Source: Alphaproteobacteria bacterium
Lineage (GTDB): Bacteria > Pseudomonadota > Alphaproteobacteria > Bin95
Direction: 5' to 3'
Length of the DNA stretch: 64,000 nt
NCBI GenBank assembly: GCA_964291285.2
Contig: OZ219786.1
Location: forward strand, 992,001-1,056,000
Under the pieces are notes generated by a model. It was not told where the DNA came from. It searched no databases and saw only the letters and a program-made list of their open reading frames with translations. Shown one piece after another: positions 40,395 to 49,110 of this stretch; position 1 is the first letter of the stretch; each line of letters opens with the position of its first letter. The position numbers were made by a program, and so were the translations under genes.

Positions 40395-40643
40395 AAACCG
40401 GCCCGCCACTCGGTCTCCGGCCGGAGCGACAGCAGATGCCTGTAGAGCGGCGCGTATTTGCCGCGCGCCGCCGCTTCCCTCACCAGCTTTTCCCGGTCCG
40501 TCGCCATCCGCTCATCGGGCCCGTAAAGTTCTTACTTACCTGAGTATTGTATGTCCTGCCCCGGCATGTCAACAGGTTTCTCATGCCGTGAAGCCTTCCC
40601 ATTTCCGCATCCGCATAGAACAATGGCGCCCGGGAGGCTTGCG

Positions 40644-42347
40644 ATGCAGTACGACTACATCATCGTCGGCGGCGGGTCCGCCGGCTCGGTCATGGCGAAC
40701 CGGCTTTCGGCCCGGAGCGCCAACAGGGTCCTGTTGCTGGAGGCGGGCATCGACACGCCGCACGGCGCGATTCCGCCCGATGTGCATTCGAGCTATCCCG
40801 GCACGGCCTATTTCAACCCGAACTACACCTGGAACAAGCTCCGGGTGCGGCTCCAGCCGGTCAACAAGAACCTGCCCGAAAGCGAGAAGCCGGAGCTGCG
40901 CAATTACGAGCAGGCGCGGATCATGGGCGGCGGGTCATCGATCAACGGGCAGATGGCCAACCGGGGCGCGCCCAACGACTATGACGACTGGGGGCGCCAG
41001 GGCGCGAAGGGCTGGAGCTGGGAAGCCTGCCTGCCCTTTTTCCGCAAGCTCGAACGCGACGTGGACTATGACGGCGCGCTCCACGGACAGGAGGGGCGCA
41101 TCCCCATAAGGCGCGTCTTCCAGCAGGAATGGACGCCTTACGCCAGGGCGGTGGCGGAGGCGATGACCGAGCTCGGCTACCCCTATCTCACCGACCAGAA
41201 CGGCGCCTTCGAGGACGGGCATTTCCCGGTCACGGTGTCGAACCTCTACGACCGCCGGGTCTCGACGGCCATCGGCTATCTCGATCCGCCGACGCGGCTG
41301 CGCGAAAACCTGGAAATCCGCTCCGAGACCCAGGTGAGCGAGATCCTGTTCGACGGCCTGCGCGCCGTGGGCGTAAAGGCCGAGCGGAACGGCAGGTCGG
41401 AGACCTTCATGGCCGGCGAGGTGGTGCTGTGCTGCGGGGCGGTGCATTCGCCCGCGCACCTGCTCCGCTCCGGCATCGGCCCGGCCGGCCATCTGGCGGA
41501 CATGGGCATCGAGGTCCGCCACCACCTGCCCGGCGTCGGGCAGAACCTGATGGACCATCCCTCGGTCGCCTGCTCCACCTGGCTCCCGGACGAGGCGCGG
41601 ATGACGCGCAAGGACGCCCGCCACATCCATGTCGGCGCGCGCTATTCCTCGGGCCTGCACGGTGCGCCGCAGGGGGACATGTTCATCGTCCAGGTGTCGA
41701 AGTCCGGCTGGCACGCGGTCGGCGAGCGGCTCGGCTCGCTGCTGGTCTTCGTCAACAAGTCCTATTCCCAGGGCGAGGTCCGCCTCGCGTCGAAGGACTG
41801 GCGGGAGGAGCCCGAGGTCGAGTTCAACCTGCTCTCGGACGAGCGCGACCTGGACCGCCTGAAGGACGCCTTCCTGCGCGCTTCCACCATCAACCTGCAT
41901 CCCGCCGTGGCGCGCGTCGCCGGCTACACCTTCCCCTCCTCCTACAGCGAGAAGGTGCGCGCCATCGGGCGCGTGACCAAGCGCAACGAGATGATCTCGA
42001 AGGCGGTCGGCGGCGTGCTGGACATGGCCGGCGGCATGCGCGGCATGCTGATCGACCGCCTGATAACCGGCGGCTTGCGGCTGCGTGACATGATGGAAGA
42101 CGACGGGGCGCTGGAGGGTTTCGTGCGCGCCACGGCCGTCGGGGTCTGGCACGCCTCGTGCACCAACCGCATGGGAAGCGACGACGACCCGATGGCGGTG
42201 ACGGACGAGCAGGGCCGGGTGCGCGGGCTCGCCGGGCTCAGGGTGGTGGACGCCTCGATCATGCCGTCCGTGCCCTGCGCCAACACCAACATCCCGACCA
42301 TCATGATGGCCGAGCGCATCTCCGATACCGTGCTTTCGGACGGCTGA
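40644..42347 (+). CDS. GMC family oxidoreductase (choline dehydrogenase-like)
   Basis: IVGGGSAG, GGGSSING, GVGQNLMDH, WHASCT, VVDASIMP, NTNIPT. Confidence 0.92.
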   Translation: MQYDYIIVGGGSAGSVMANRLSARSANRVLLLEAGIDTPHGAIPPDVHSSYPGTAYFNPNYTWNKLRVRLQPVNKNLPESEKPELRNYEQARIMGGGSSINGQMANRGAPNDYDDWGRQGAKGWSWEACLPFFRKLERDVDYDGALHGQEGRIPIRRVFQQEWTPYARAVAEAMTELGYPYLTDQNGAFEDGHFPVTVSNLYDRRVSTAIGYLDPPTRLRENLEIRSETQVSEILFDGLRAVGVKAERNGRSETFMAGEVVLCCGAVHSPAHLLRSGIGPAGHLADMGIEVRHHLPGVGQNLMDHPSVACSTWLPDEARMTRKDARHIHVGARYSSGLHGAPQGDMFIVQVSKSGWHAVGERLGSLLVFVNKSYSQGEVRLASKDWREEPEVEFNLLSDERDLDRLKDAFLRASTINLHPAVARVAGYTFPSSYSEKVRAIGRVTKRNEMISKAVGGVLDMAGGMRGMLIDRLITGGLRLRDMMEDDGALEGFVRATAVGVWHASCTNRMGSDDDPMAVTDEQGRVRGLAGLRVVDASIMPSVPCANTNIPTIMMAERISDTVLSDG

Positions 42348-42430
42348 CGAGCGCGATACATACTGTCGCATATCCCGAATCGCGGCGAATTCGGGAACGG
42401 TATCAACAGCTTGTCCGGCCCTGCGGTCGC

Positions 42431-42460
42431 TTGACACCCGCGGCGGCGCGCCCCTAGTGT
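42431..42460 (+). promoter_or_regulatory. Putative sigma70 promoter of the atp F0 operon
   Basis: TTGACA-18 bp-TAGTGT about 50 bp upstream of atpI. Confidence 0.45.
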
Positions 42461-42510
42461 CCGGGCGCTTCCGGGGCGGGCTTCGCGCCGGACCGCGTTT
42501 CGTGGCGAAA

Positions 42511-42849
42511 ATGGGCGAAGACGACAGGGACGGCCCCCTTCACGATTTCTCCGACAGGCTCGACGATGCACGGCGTCGCCGGGACGTTGCCGCGCCGAAG
42601 CCGGCCCCGAAGGAAGGGCTGGGCGCGGCGATGCGGATCGGGGTCGAACTGGTGGCGGCGCTGGGGGTCGGCGCGGCGATCGGCTGGGGGCTGGACCGCT
42701 GGCTCGACACGGCGCCTTGGCTGATGGTGGTCTTTTTCGTGCTCGGGGCGGCGGCCGGGGTGATGAACGTATACCGGTATATGAGCGGCATGGACGCTTC
42801 GCCCGGCTGGCGCCGGGGGCGGCCGCCGCAGGACGGGCAGGAAGGCTAG
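42511..42849 (+). CDS. atpI: ATP synthase protein I (AtpZ/AtpI)
   Basis: ELVAAL.VGAAIGWGLDRWL; first gene of F0 operon. Confidence 0.9.
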   Translation: MGEDDRDGPLHDFSDRLDDARRRRDVAAPKPAPKEGLGAAMRIGVELVAALGVGAAIGWGLDRWLDTAPWLMVVFFVLGAAAGVMNVYRYMSGMDASPGWRRGRPPQDGQEG

Positions 42850-42861
42850 AGGGGGAACCCG

Positions 42862-43596
42862 GTGGCGGGAGACGCGCACGGTCCGCTGGAGCAGTTCCGG
42901 ATCAAGGAGCTGGTCGATATCCCCGTGGCCGGAGTCCAGCTCGACATCACCAATTCCACCGTCTGGATGGTGGTTGCCGCTGCCGGCGTGATCGCCGTGA
43001 TGGTCGGCGGCACGCGCAAGCGCGCCCTGGTGCCGGGGCGGCTGCAGTCGATCGCCGAGCTCTCCTACGAGTTCATCGCCGGGATGGTGCGCGACACGGT
43101 GGGCGACGAGGGCCGGAGATATTTCCCGCTCATCTTCACCCTCTTCATGTTCATCCTGTTCGGCAACCTCGCCGGCATGATCCCCTACAGCTTCACCTTC
43201 ACCAGCCATATCGCGGTCACCTTCGCGATGGCGGCGGTGGTCTTCGTCGGCGTCACCGTGCTGGGTTTCGTCAAGCACGGCTTCCGCTTCTTCAGCTTCT
43301 TCGTGCCGCCGGGCGTCTCGGTGTTCATGTGGCCGCTGCTGATCCCGATCGAGATCATCTCCTACCTCTCGCGGCCGATCAGCCTCTCGGTGCGCCTGTT
43401 CGCCAACATGCTGGCCGGCCACACGCTGCTCAAGGTCTTCGCCGGCTTCGTGCCCGCGCTCGGGGTGGCGGGCATCCTGCCGCTCGCCTTCGTTTCGGCG
43501 CTGACCGGGCTCGAGATCGTGATCGCCTTCCTCCAGGCCTATGTGTTCGCGATCCTCACCTGCCTCTACATCAACGACGCGCTTCACCTCCACTAA
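42862..43596 (+). CDS. atpB: F0 ATP synthase subunit a
   Basis: PGRLQS, SLSVRLFANM.AGH, LQAYVF. Confidence 0.97.
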   Translation: MAGDAHGPLEQFRIKELVDIPVAGVQLDITNSTVWMVVAAAGVIAVMVGGTRKRALVPGRLQSIAELSYEFIAGMVRDTVGDEGRRYFPLIFTLFMFILFGNLAGMIPYSFTFTSHIAVTFAMAAVVFVGVTVLGFVKHGFRFFSFFVPPGVSVFMWPLLIPIEIISYLSRPISLSVRLFANMLAGHTLLKVFAGFVPALGVAGILPLAFVSALTGLEIVIAFLQAYVFAILTCLYINDALHLH

Positions 43597-43632
43597 CCGG
43601 CTATCCGCCCACGCGAAGAAGGAACCAACCCC

Positions 43633-43857
43633 ATGGAACTTGAGGCCGCCAAAGTCATCGGCGCGGGTCTTGCCGTCATCGGCGTCATCGGCGCCGGTAT
43701 CGGCATCGGCAACATTTTCGCTTCCTTCATCCAGGCGGTCGGGCGCAACCCGTCGGCGCGGGGCGAAGTGTTCCCGATGACGATGCTGGGCTTCGCCCTC
43801 GTCGAGGCGATTGCGCTCTTCGCCCTCGTCGTGGCGCTCGTCATCCTGTTCGGCTGA
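43633..43857 (+). CDS. atpE: F0 ATP synthase subunit c
   Basis: GAGIGIG, RNP loop, ALVEAIALF. Confidence 0.97.
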   Translation: MELEAAKVIGAGLAVIGVIGAGIGIGNIFASFIQAVGRNPSARGEVFPMTMLGFALVEAIALFALVVALVILFG

Positions 43858-43877
43858 GGCCGGCCCCGCGCCCGCCC

Positions 43878-44372
43878 ATGCCGCAACTGGAGCAAATCTC
43901 CACCTATGCGAGCCAGATCTTCTGGCTGGTGGTGGTATTCGCCGTCCTGCTGGGCGTGATGCTCAAGGTCGCCCTGCCGCGCGTGCAGGGCATCCTGGAA
44001 GAGCGGCGGAAGCGGATCGACGACGACCTCGCCCGGGCCGCGGCGCTGCGCGACGAGGCCGGGGGCGTGCTGCGCGCCTATGAGCAGGCGCAGGCGGACG
44101 CGCGGGCCGGGGCGCGCCGCCTCATGCGCGGGCAGCAGGAAGCGGCCGCGGCAGAGGCGGCGGCCCGCCATGCCGCGCTCGGCGAACGCCTCGCCGGGGA
44201 CACGGCGGCGGCCGAAGCCCGGATCGCCGAGGCGCGCCGCGAGGCGCTCGCCGGCATCGAGGCGGCGGCCGGAGAGGTCGCGCAGGCCATGACCGCAAGG
44301 CTGATCGGCGTCGAGGTGGACGCGGCGGAGGCCGCCGCCGCGGCAGCCGGCACCGGCCGGGCAGGCGCGTGA
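43878..44372 (+). CDS. F0 ATP synthase subunit b'
   Basis: MPQL...SQIFWL, then coiled coil. Confidence 0.92.
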   Translation: MPQLEQISTYASQIFWLVVVFAVLLGVMLKVALPRVQGILEERRKRIDDDLARAAALRDEAGGVLRAYEQAQADARAGARRLMRGQQEAAAAEAAARHAALGERLAGDTAAAEARIAEARREALAGIEAAAGEVAQAMTARLIGVEVDAAEAAAAAAGTGRAGA

Positions 44373-44854
44373 TGTTCTCCGACCCGACATTCTGGACCGC
44401 CGTCGGCTTCGTCATCTTCGTCGCCGCGGTCGCGCGCGCGGTCTGGCGCATGGCGACCAAGGCGCTCGACGACAGGGCGGCCGGAATCAAGGCGTCCATC
44501 GACGACGCCGCCGCGCTTCGCGAGGAGGCCCAGGCCATGCTTGCGGAGTACAAGCGCAAGCAGCAGGGCGCCGAAGAGGAAGCCGAGGCCGTGCTCGCCC
44601 ACGCGCGCGAGGAGGCGGCGCGCATCGCCGGCGAGGCGGAGCGCGCGCTCGAAGACGCGCTCAGGCGCCGCGAACAGCAGGCGCTCGCCAAGATCGCCCA
44701 GGCCGAGCAGGAAGCCCTTGCAGACGTGCGCGCCCACGCCGTCCGGCTGTCGGCCGCCGCCGCCCGGACCCTGATCGAACGCCACCTGGACAAGCCCCGC
44801 GCCGACGCCCTGGTCGCCGAATCCGTAGAGAGCTTGCCCCGGCACCTGAACTGA
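44369..44854 (+). CDS. atpF: F0 ATP synthase subunit b
   Basis: TFWTAVGF TM, ALDDRA..I coiled coil. Confidence 0.92.
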   Translation: MMFSDPTFWTAVGFVIFVAAVARAVWRMATKALDDRAAGIKASIDDAAALREEAQAMLAEYKRKQQGAEEEAEAVLAHAREEAARIAGEAERALEDALRRREQQALAKIAQAEQEALADVRAHAVRLSAAAARTLIERHLDKPRADALVAESVESLPRHLN

Positions 44855-44929
44855 GTCTCCGCCGGGGGCCGGGGCGACACCGGCCGCGCGATGCGCCAGG
44901 CTGCCGCGGACGGAACCGGAGCGCTTCGC

Positions 44930-45196
44930 ATGGAACCTCCCGGCTGGAACTGGCCCGCGGTCGCCGCGCTGGCGACGGTGGCGGTTACCGTCGTAACGGT
45001 AGCCTACGCTGTTGCGACCTGCTTCTTTATCCGCTCAGGCTTCCGGAAGATGGACCGGGCCTTCGACGAGCGCGCAGCGGACCGCCAGCGGGCTTGGGCG
45101 GCTCTGGAAGCGGAACAGCGCCGCCACGAGGAGGCGATGGAGGACAGCCGCCGCCGCGAGGAGGCGATGCCGGTGCGCGCCGCGCCGGCGGAGTAG
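44930..45196 (+). CDS. Small TM plus coiled-coil hypothetical protein
   Basis: N-terminal hydrophobic helix; duplicated RR(H/R)EEAM segment. Confidence 0.55.
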   Translation: MEPPGWNWPAVAALATVAVTVVTVAYAVATCFFIRSGFRKMDRAFDERAADRQRAWAALEAEQRRHEEAMEDSRRREEAMPVRAAPAE

Positions 45197-45338
45197 CGGC
45201 GGGGCGGGTCCGGGAGTTCTTTGCCAAGCAGGCGGGAGTGAGGGCAAGGAAGGTCAAGTAATCCTCTAAGGGACCGTCGCCGGTATGGCCAACAGGTTCG
45301 ACGACTTTCTCCTTTGGACCTTTATACCCGCACTAAAT

Positions 45339-46646
45339 TTAGAACTTGGATGCCTCGCTCGCGCTGCTTACCACGGAATTGAGATTTCCAGCGTCACTCG
45401 GTGATGCGCTAGATTGTTTGGATCGGGGTTTCGGGCCACGTCCTGCACCCGGATGAGGATCATAATGGCCCACGAGTGCCATGTACTCAGCTGCTATAGG
45501 CTGAGGGGGCGTGGGCGCAGGCACGAACTCCGAACGAGCAATCGCAAGCGCGGGATTACCACGAATTTTCGTCCCGGAGAGTTGTGCCTTAATTGACCGG
45601 CCGAGAATCTCCGCGAGAAGAGGAGGAGTAGCATTACCGGCTTGCCGCACTTGTTCTCGGTAAGTTCCGTCAAGTTTCCAGAAACTCGGAAAAGTTTGTA
45701 GCCGAAGAATCTCTTCAGGTGCTAGAGGTCGATTGTTCCAATGAAAAGGACCTGTCGCCGGGCCGGGGTTCGCCGGCACCGTCCAAGCGGGCTCAGCCTT
45801 TGCAAGCTTGAGAAGGAATGACCAGAATCGACGTCGATACCCGAAAAGCGGCGGTCCTTTCCCTCGTTCAGTGAAAAACTGATAATTCTGACCTTCGGGT
45901 ATCGACGGAAGCAAACCTGCAAATCGTCCGCTCGAAGCTGGCGGCGTCGCCGGGCACATGTCGTGAAGCGCATCCCAAGCCCGTACTGGATAATCACGAT
46001 GTGTCGTGGCAGGCCATACGGGAATTGCCCCGTTGCGAAACGCAATAATTATTGCGCGCCTGCGTCGCTGTGGAACTCCGAACTCTGCAGCGTTGAGTAT
46101 CCTACAAACTAGCTTATAACGTGTACCGCTTTGACAATTAATGTCGGCAAGGCGCTCTTCTAGAATCGGCAGCGCTGAACGACTGCCCTTCACGAACCCT
46201 GGCACATTCTCGATCAAGATCGCATGGGGGAGCAGCCGCTCTACCAGTGTCAGCAAGCTGTGGAGGGTCCCTGCCCGATGATCGTTGAGCCCGAGAGCAC
46301 CGGTCTGGGACCACTGAGCCGCGTTCGAGAAGGGTTGACAGGGCGGTCCAGCAGCGAGCAACGCAAGTTCCCCCTCGGCGATTCCAAGGTCTCTTGGGAG
46401 CAGATTACTTGCAACTTCGTTGATATCGTGAGGTTTCAGATACTTTCGCCTAGGGCGATTGAGCGCTAGGGACTGCCGCGCTGCTGTATCGTTTTCGATT
46501 CCTCCAATGATACTGAACCCCGCGTGTTCCAAGCCAAGGTCCAGCCCACCGATTCCAGAGAATGCTGACAGGCAGAGAAGCTGCCCGTTGGCAATGCCCT
46601 GTTGCCTGTGGCCCCTCACCATCCACCCCTGCCGAGACTCGCGCAT
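45339..46646 (-). CDS. DNA (cytosine-5)-methyltransferase
   Basis: FSGIGG (I), GPPCQPFS (IV), ENVPG (VI), PQRRRR (VIII), RLQTFP (IX), GNATPP (X); start may lie slightly downstream. Confidence 0.95.
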   Translation of the reverse strand: MRESRQGWMVRGHRQQGIANGQLLCLSAFSGIGGLDLGLEHAGFSIIGGIENDTAARQSLALNRPRRKYLKPHDINEVASNLLPRDLGIAEGELALLAAGPPCQPFSNAAQWSQTGALGLNDHRAGTLHSLLTLVERLLPHAILIENVPGFVKGSRSALPILEERLADINCQSGTRYKLVCRILNAAEFGVPQRRRRAIIIAFRNGAIPVWPATTHRDYPVRAWDALHDMCPATPPASSGRFAGLLPSIPEGQNYQFFTERGKGPPLFGYRRRFWSFLLKLAKAEPAWTVPANPGPATGPFHWNNRPLAPEEILRLQTFPSFWKLDGTYREQVRQAGNATPPLLAEILGRSIKAQLSGTKIRGNPALAIARSEFVPAPTPPQPIAAEYMALVGHYDPHPGAGRGPKPRSKQSSASPSDAGNLNSVVSSASEASKF

Positions 46647-46881
46647 GATTCGACCATTCTACTGATACCAAGAGGCACGACCAGCATAAGCTAGCAGCTT
46701 GAGACTCGCTCTTGGGGCATATCGGATACAAGTCAAGGTTACGCCTCGAAGGTCATGGTTCTGAGAAGGCTTGGGGGTCGCTTCACACTACCATAGTTGC
46801 TGATGGCCGGGGACGATGTCCTAGCAGGGATACCAAACTCGGAACACGACATAATTGTTGCCCCCTGTTCGACGGCTGGTG

Positions 46882-47832
46882 CTAGCCCGCGAGCGGCTCC
46901 ACATCCGCCCCAATCATGGCTTGGATTAGATCCCGCTCGTTAGCGCCAATTTCGTATTTGAACCCCACAAGGCGAAGTCTATCCAAAACGATAGCACCAC
47001 TCTTGGTTGTCAAGAATTCCGTCGTCGGACGCTCGACATGATGGGGTACGGCGAGAAATGGCGACGGTGGAACCCTGGTACCCGTGAAAAGCCTCCATTG
47101 ATCTTGGCTAGGTTCGTTGATTTTGTCCATCCAACTGTCGCTACGACCCACCGTGACTTGGCCGATGAATCCCCAAGTGCCGGGACGCAGTTCCTCTTCC
47201 CAACCGATGTGGCAAAGAATGTCAACTCCTTCGTCATGGGCATTTACACGTCGTGCCGCTGCATTCGGGGCTGCCTTGAGACCAACTTTTTCGCAGGCGA
47301 TTCGCAAGGCGTCTTCAAAAGAACTACCTTTGCGGCGGTGCATAGCTATCCCAGCAGACAGCAAGCCACGACCTTGTAGTACCTTTAATACGATTTGCTC
47401 GAACATCTCGACCGGCCGATGTATCGAATTCAGGCCAAATGCGTGTGTGATGGTCAGGGCGAGAACCGCCGCGTATGCGCTCGCTTCAAGGTCAACGCCG
47501 CACTCAAGTGTGATTGCGTCATTCGTGATCTCGAAAGGATAGCGTTCCGCAAGTACCGCACGACGCTCACCAATCTGCCGAAACACAACTGAGGCCGCTT
47601 CGTGGGCCTTATCCTGATGCTCAGACAAATGTCTCGAATCACCATCAAGGTAATCACCTTCTGGCAATTGAATTAGCTCAAGATCCCAGTCAGCATCAGC
47701 CAAAAAATCGGCGAGAGTTGCCCGCTTCACCGGCTTTCCCTTCAGCGCTAGAAGCTCGACATAGTCCGCCAGTAGCGAAGCTCGCGCATATGGACCATAG
47801 GCGTTAGGTTCAGGCGTCCCGATCACGCTCAT
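46882..47832 (-). CDS. Hypothetical protein, possible PD-(D/E)xK-like nuclease
   Basis: FEQ...HDEGVDIL...GQVTVG...W..K pattern resembles restriction-endonuclease folds; overlaps the upstream gene by 23 bp. Confidence 0.55.
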   Translation of the reverse strand: MSVIGTPEPNAYGPYARASLLADYVELLALKGKPVKRATLADFLADADWDLELIQLPEGDYLDGDSRHLSEHQDKAHEAASVVFRQIGERRAVLAERYPFEITNDAITLECGVDLEASAYAAVLALTITHAFGLNSIHRPVEMFEQIVLKVLQGRGLLSAGIAMHRRKGSSFEDALRIACEKVGLKAAPNAAARRVNAHDEGVDILCHIGWEEELRPGTWGFIGQVTVGRSDSWMDKINEPSQDQWRLFTGTRVPPSPFLAVPHHVERPTTEFLTTKSGAIVLDRLRLVGFKYEIGANERDLIQAMIGADVEPLAG

Positions 47833-48925
47833 CTATCCCGTCTTTAACGATAGCTCGCGCAGAGCGGACCATACGTGACAACTCTTCCATAGCCTGAAAT
47901 AGACTGCTCGACATATCGACGGCTTCTGCTCGCTGAAGGGTCTCCAAGAACAATGCCAAGCTCTTGACAAGCCGCTGAGCGCGCGACTCCAGATCTAGCT
48001 CTTCGACAACCTGTCTTGCTAGACTAAGGTCAGCTGTCCCACGCAGTGTTGTGCGCGCTCGTTCGTTTGCAAGGACTCGTCCGTAGATTGTGACGTCTCG
48101 TGAATCGCCCAACACAGCTCGGCTTCGCTCTGCGGTGCCCCCCAAATCTCCAAGCACTTCTGCCAACTTTTCTCGGTTGATCCCTTCTAATGCTTGTTCG
48201 ATTTCCTGATATGTTCTTGCTCGGCTGAGCTCGACATAATTCCTAATGTCAGCGGAGTTCATGCAACGCAACCAGACTCCGAACCGTTGATCTTGAACAT
48301 AAGTGACGCTTATGCCAAACTCCTCCCGAGCGTAGAGGAGGATACGGATCGCAAGATAAGGATTCCTGACCCCTTGGGCATTACTGCCAACCCGCCGGCC
48401 GAGCTCTCGAAAGGGATCAGTAAATCCCTCGCTTACGAGACGATGGACCCCGGCAAGGATGTAGCGGGCCTTTGCCTCCGGCGGCCATGTTTTCAGTCCG
48501 CCGATATGCCTGAATCCGATATATGCACTTATCTGGTTACGGTTCGCTACAACGATGCAAGGGATCTCTCGGAGCTGTTCTAGGCGTTCCGGCGACAGCT
48601 CAAGGCCGACAAAATCAATGTCGTCAGCTTCCGGAGTTCCATGTAGTATCATGAGCGCCGCCAGTCGTCGATTTCCCTCGACGACTGTATATGTGTCCTC
48701 TTCGCCTTCCCGGACCACCAAAAGCGGCTCTTGCGGAAAGAAGCCGTTGTCTTGGTATGAGTACGCAAGCTCCTCAAGGGCCCCCTGATTATAGAGATAC
48801 CTTAGAATTTCGGACTGTGGCTGTCCGTGAAGCTGTTCTGGAAGCCGCGGATTCTCTTTATCGAGAATTAGGCTGTTTATGGGGAACCACTCAGTAGTTC
48901 GTTCTCTCGGGTCCGTGGCACTCAT
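47810..48925 (-). CDS. ParB/Srx N-terminal domain protein
   Basis: LILDKENPRL, EPLLVV, VVEGNRRLAAL arginine patch. Confidence 0.82.
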   Translation of the reverse strand: MSATDPRERTTEWFPINSLILDKENPRLPEQLHGQPQSEILRYLYNQGALEELAYSYQDNGFFPQEPLLVVREGEEDTYTVVEGNRRLAALMILHGTPEADDIDFVGLELSPERLEQLREIPCIVVANRNQISAYIGFRHIGGLKTWPPEAKARYILAGVHRLVSEGFTDPFRELGRRVGSNAQGVRNPYLAIRILLYAREEFGISVTYVQDQRFGVWLRCMNSADIRNYVELSRARTYQEIEQALEGINREKLAEVLGDLGGTAERSRAVLGDSRDVTIYGRVLANERARTTLRGTADLSLARQVVEELDLESRAQRLVKSLALFLETLQRAEAVDMSSSLFQAMEELSRMVRSARAIVKDGIDERDRDA

Positions 48926-49110
48926 TGAAAATGTTCCCTTACGAGGCGAGTAGAAACGATGATCCAAGCCAAAAGGCTTAGCCTGAAAAAGCCCAGACCC
49001 AGTAGCGGATCACGTAGCCTCCTATGCACGGCTGGTTGGGCCCAACTTCCAGAAGATTGACCCGCCTGACCTGAACGTCAATGCAGTGAGTGTCTGCAGG
49101 AGCCTTTCCT

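Larger units (their letters stand above)
38490..40507 (-). pseudogene. Antitoxin-like gene of the PIN operon, interrupted by IS256
   Basis: Removing the IS and one TSD copy joins MATDREK...GKYAPLYRHL...EWRAG to FGEVERVLGFRLPDSA..RPWWAN...AWQAAGW...VSREQIYDD in frame. Confidence 0.8.

Noticed and set aside
42511-44854. F0 genes without F1 genes
   Set aside because: Split F0/F1 operons are normal in Alphaproteobacteria.
47810-48925. ParB protein as a plasmid or chromosome partition gene
   Set aside because: No parA, no parS-like repeats, no recognisable ParB HTH/dimerisation region; it is coupled to a nuclease-like gene instead.
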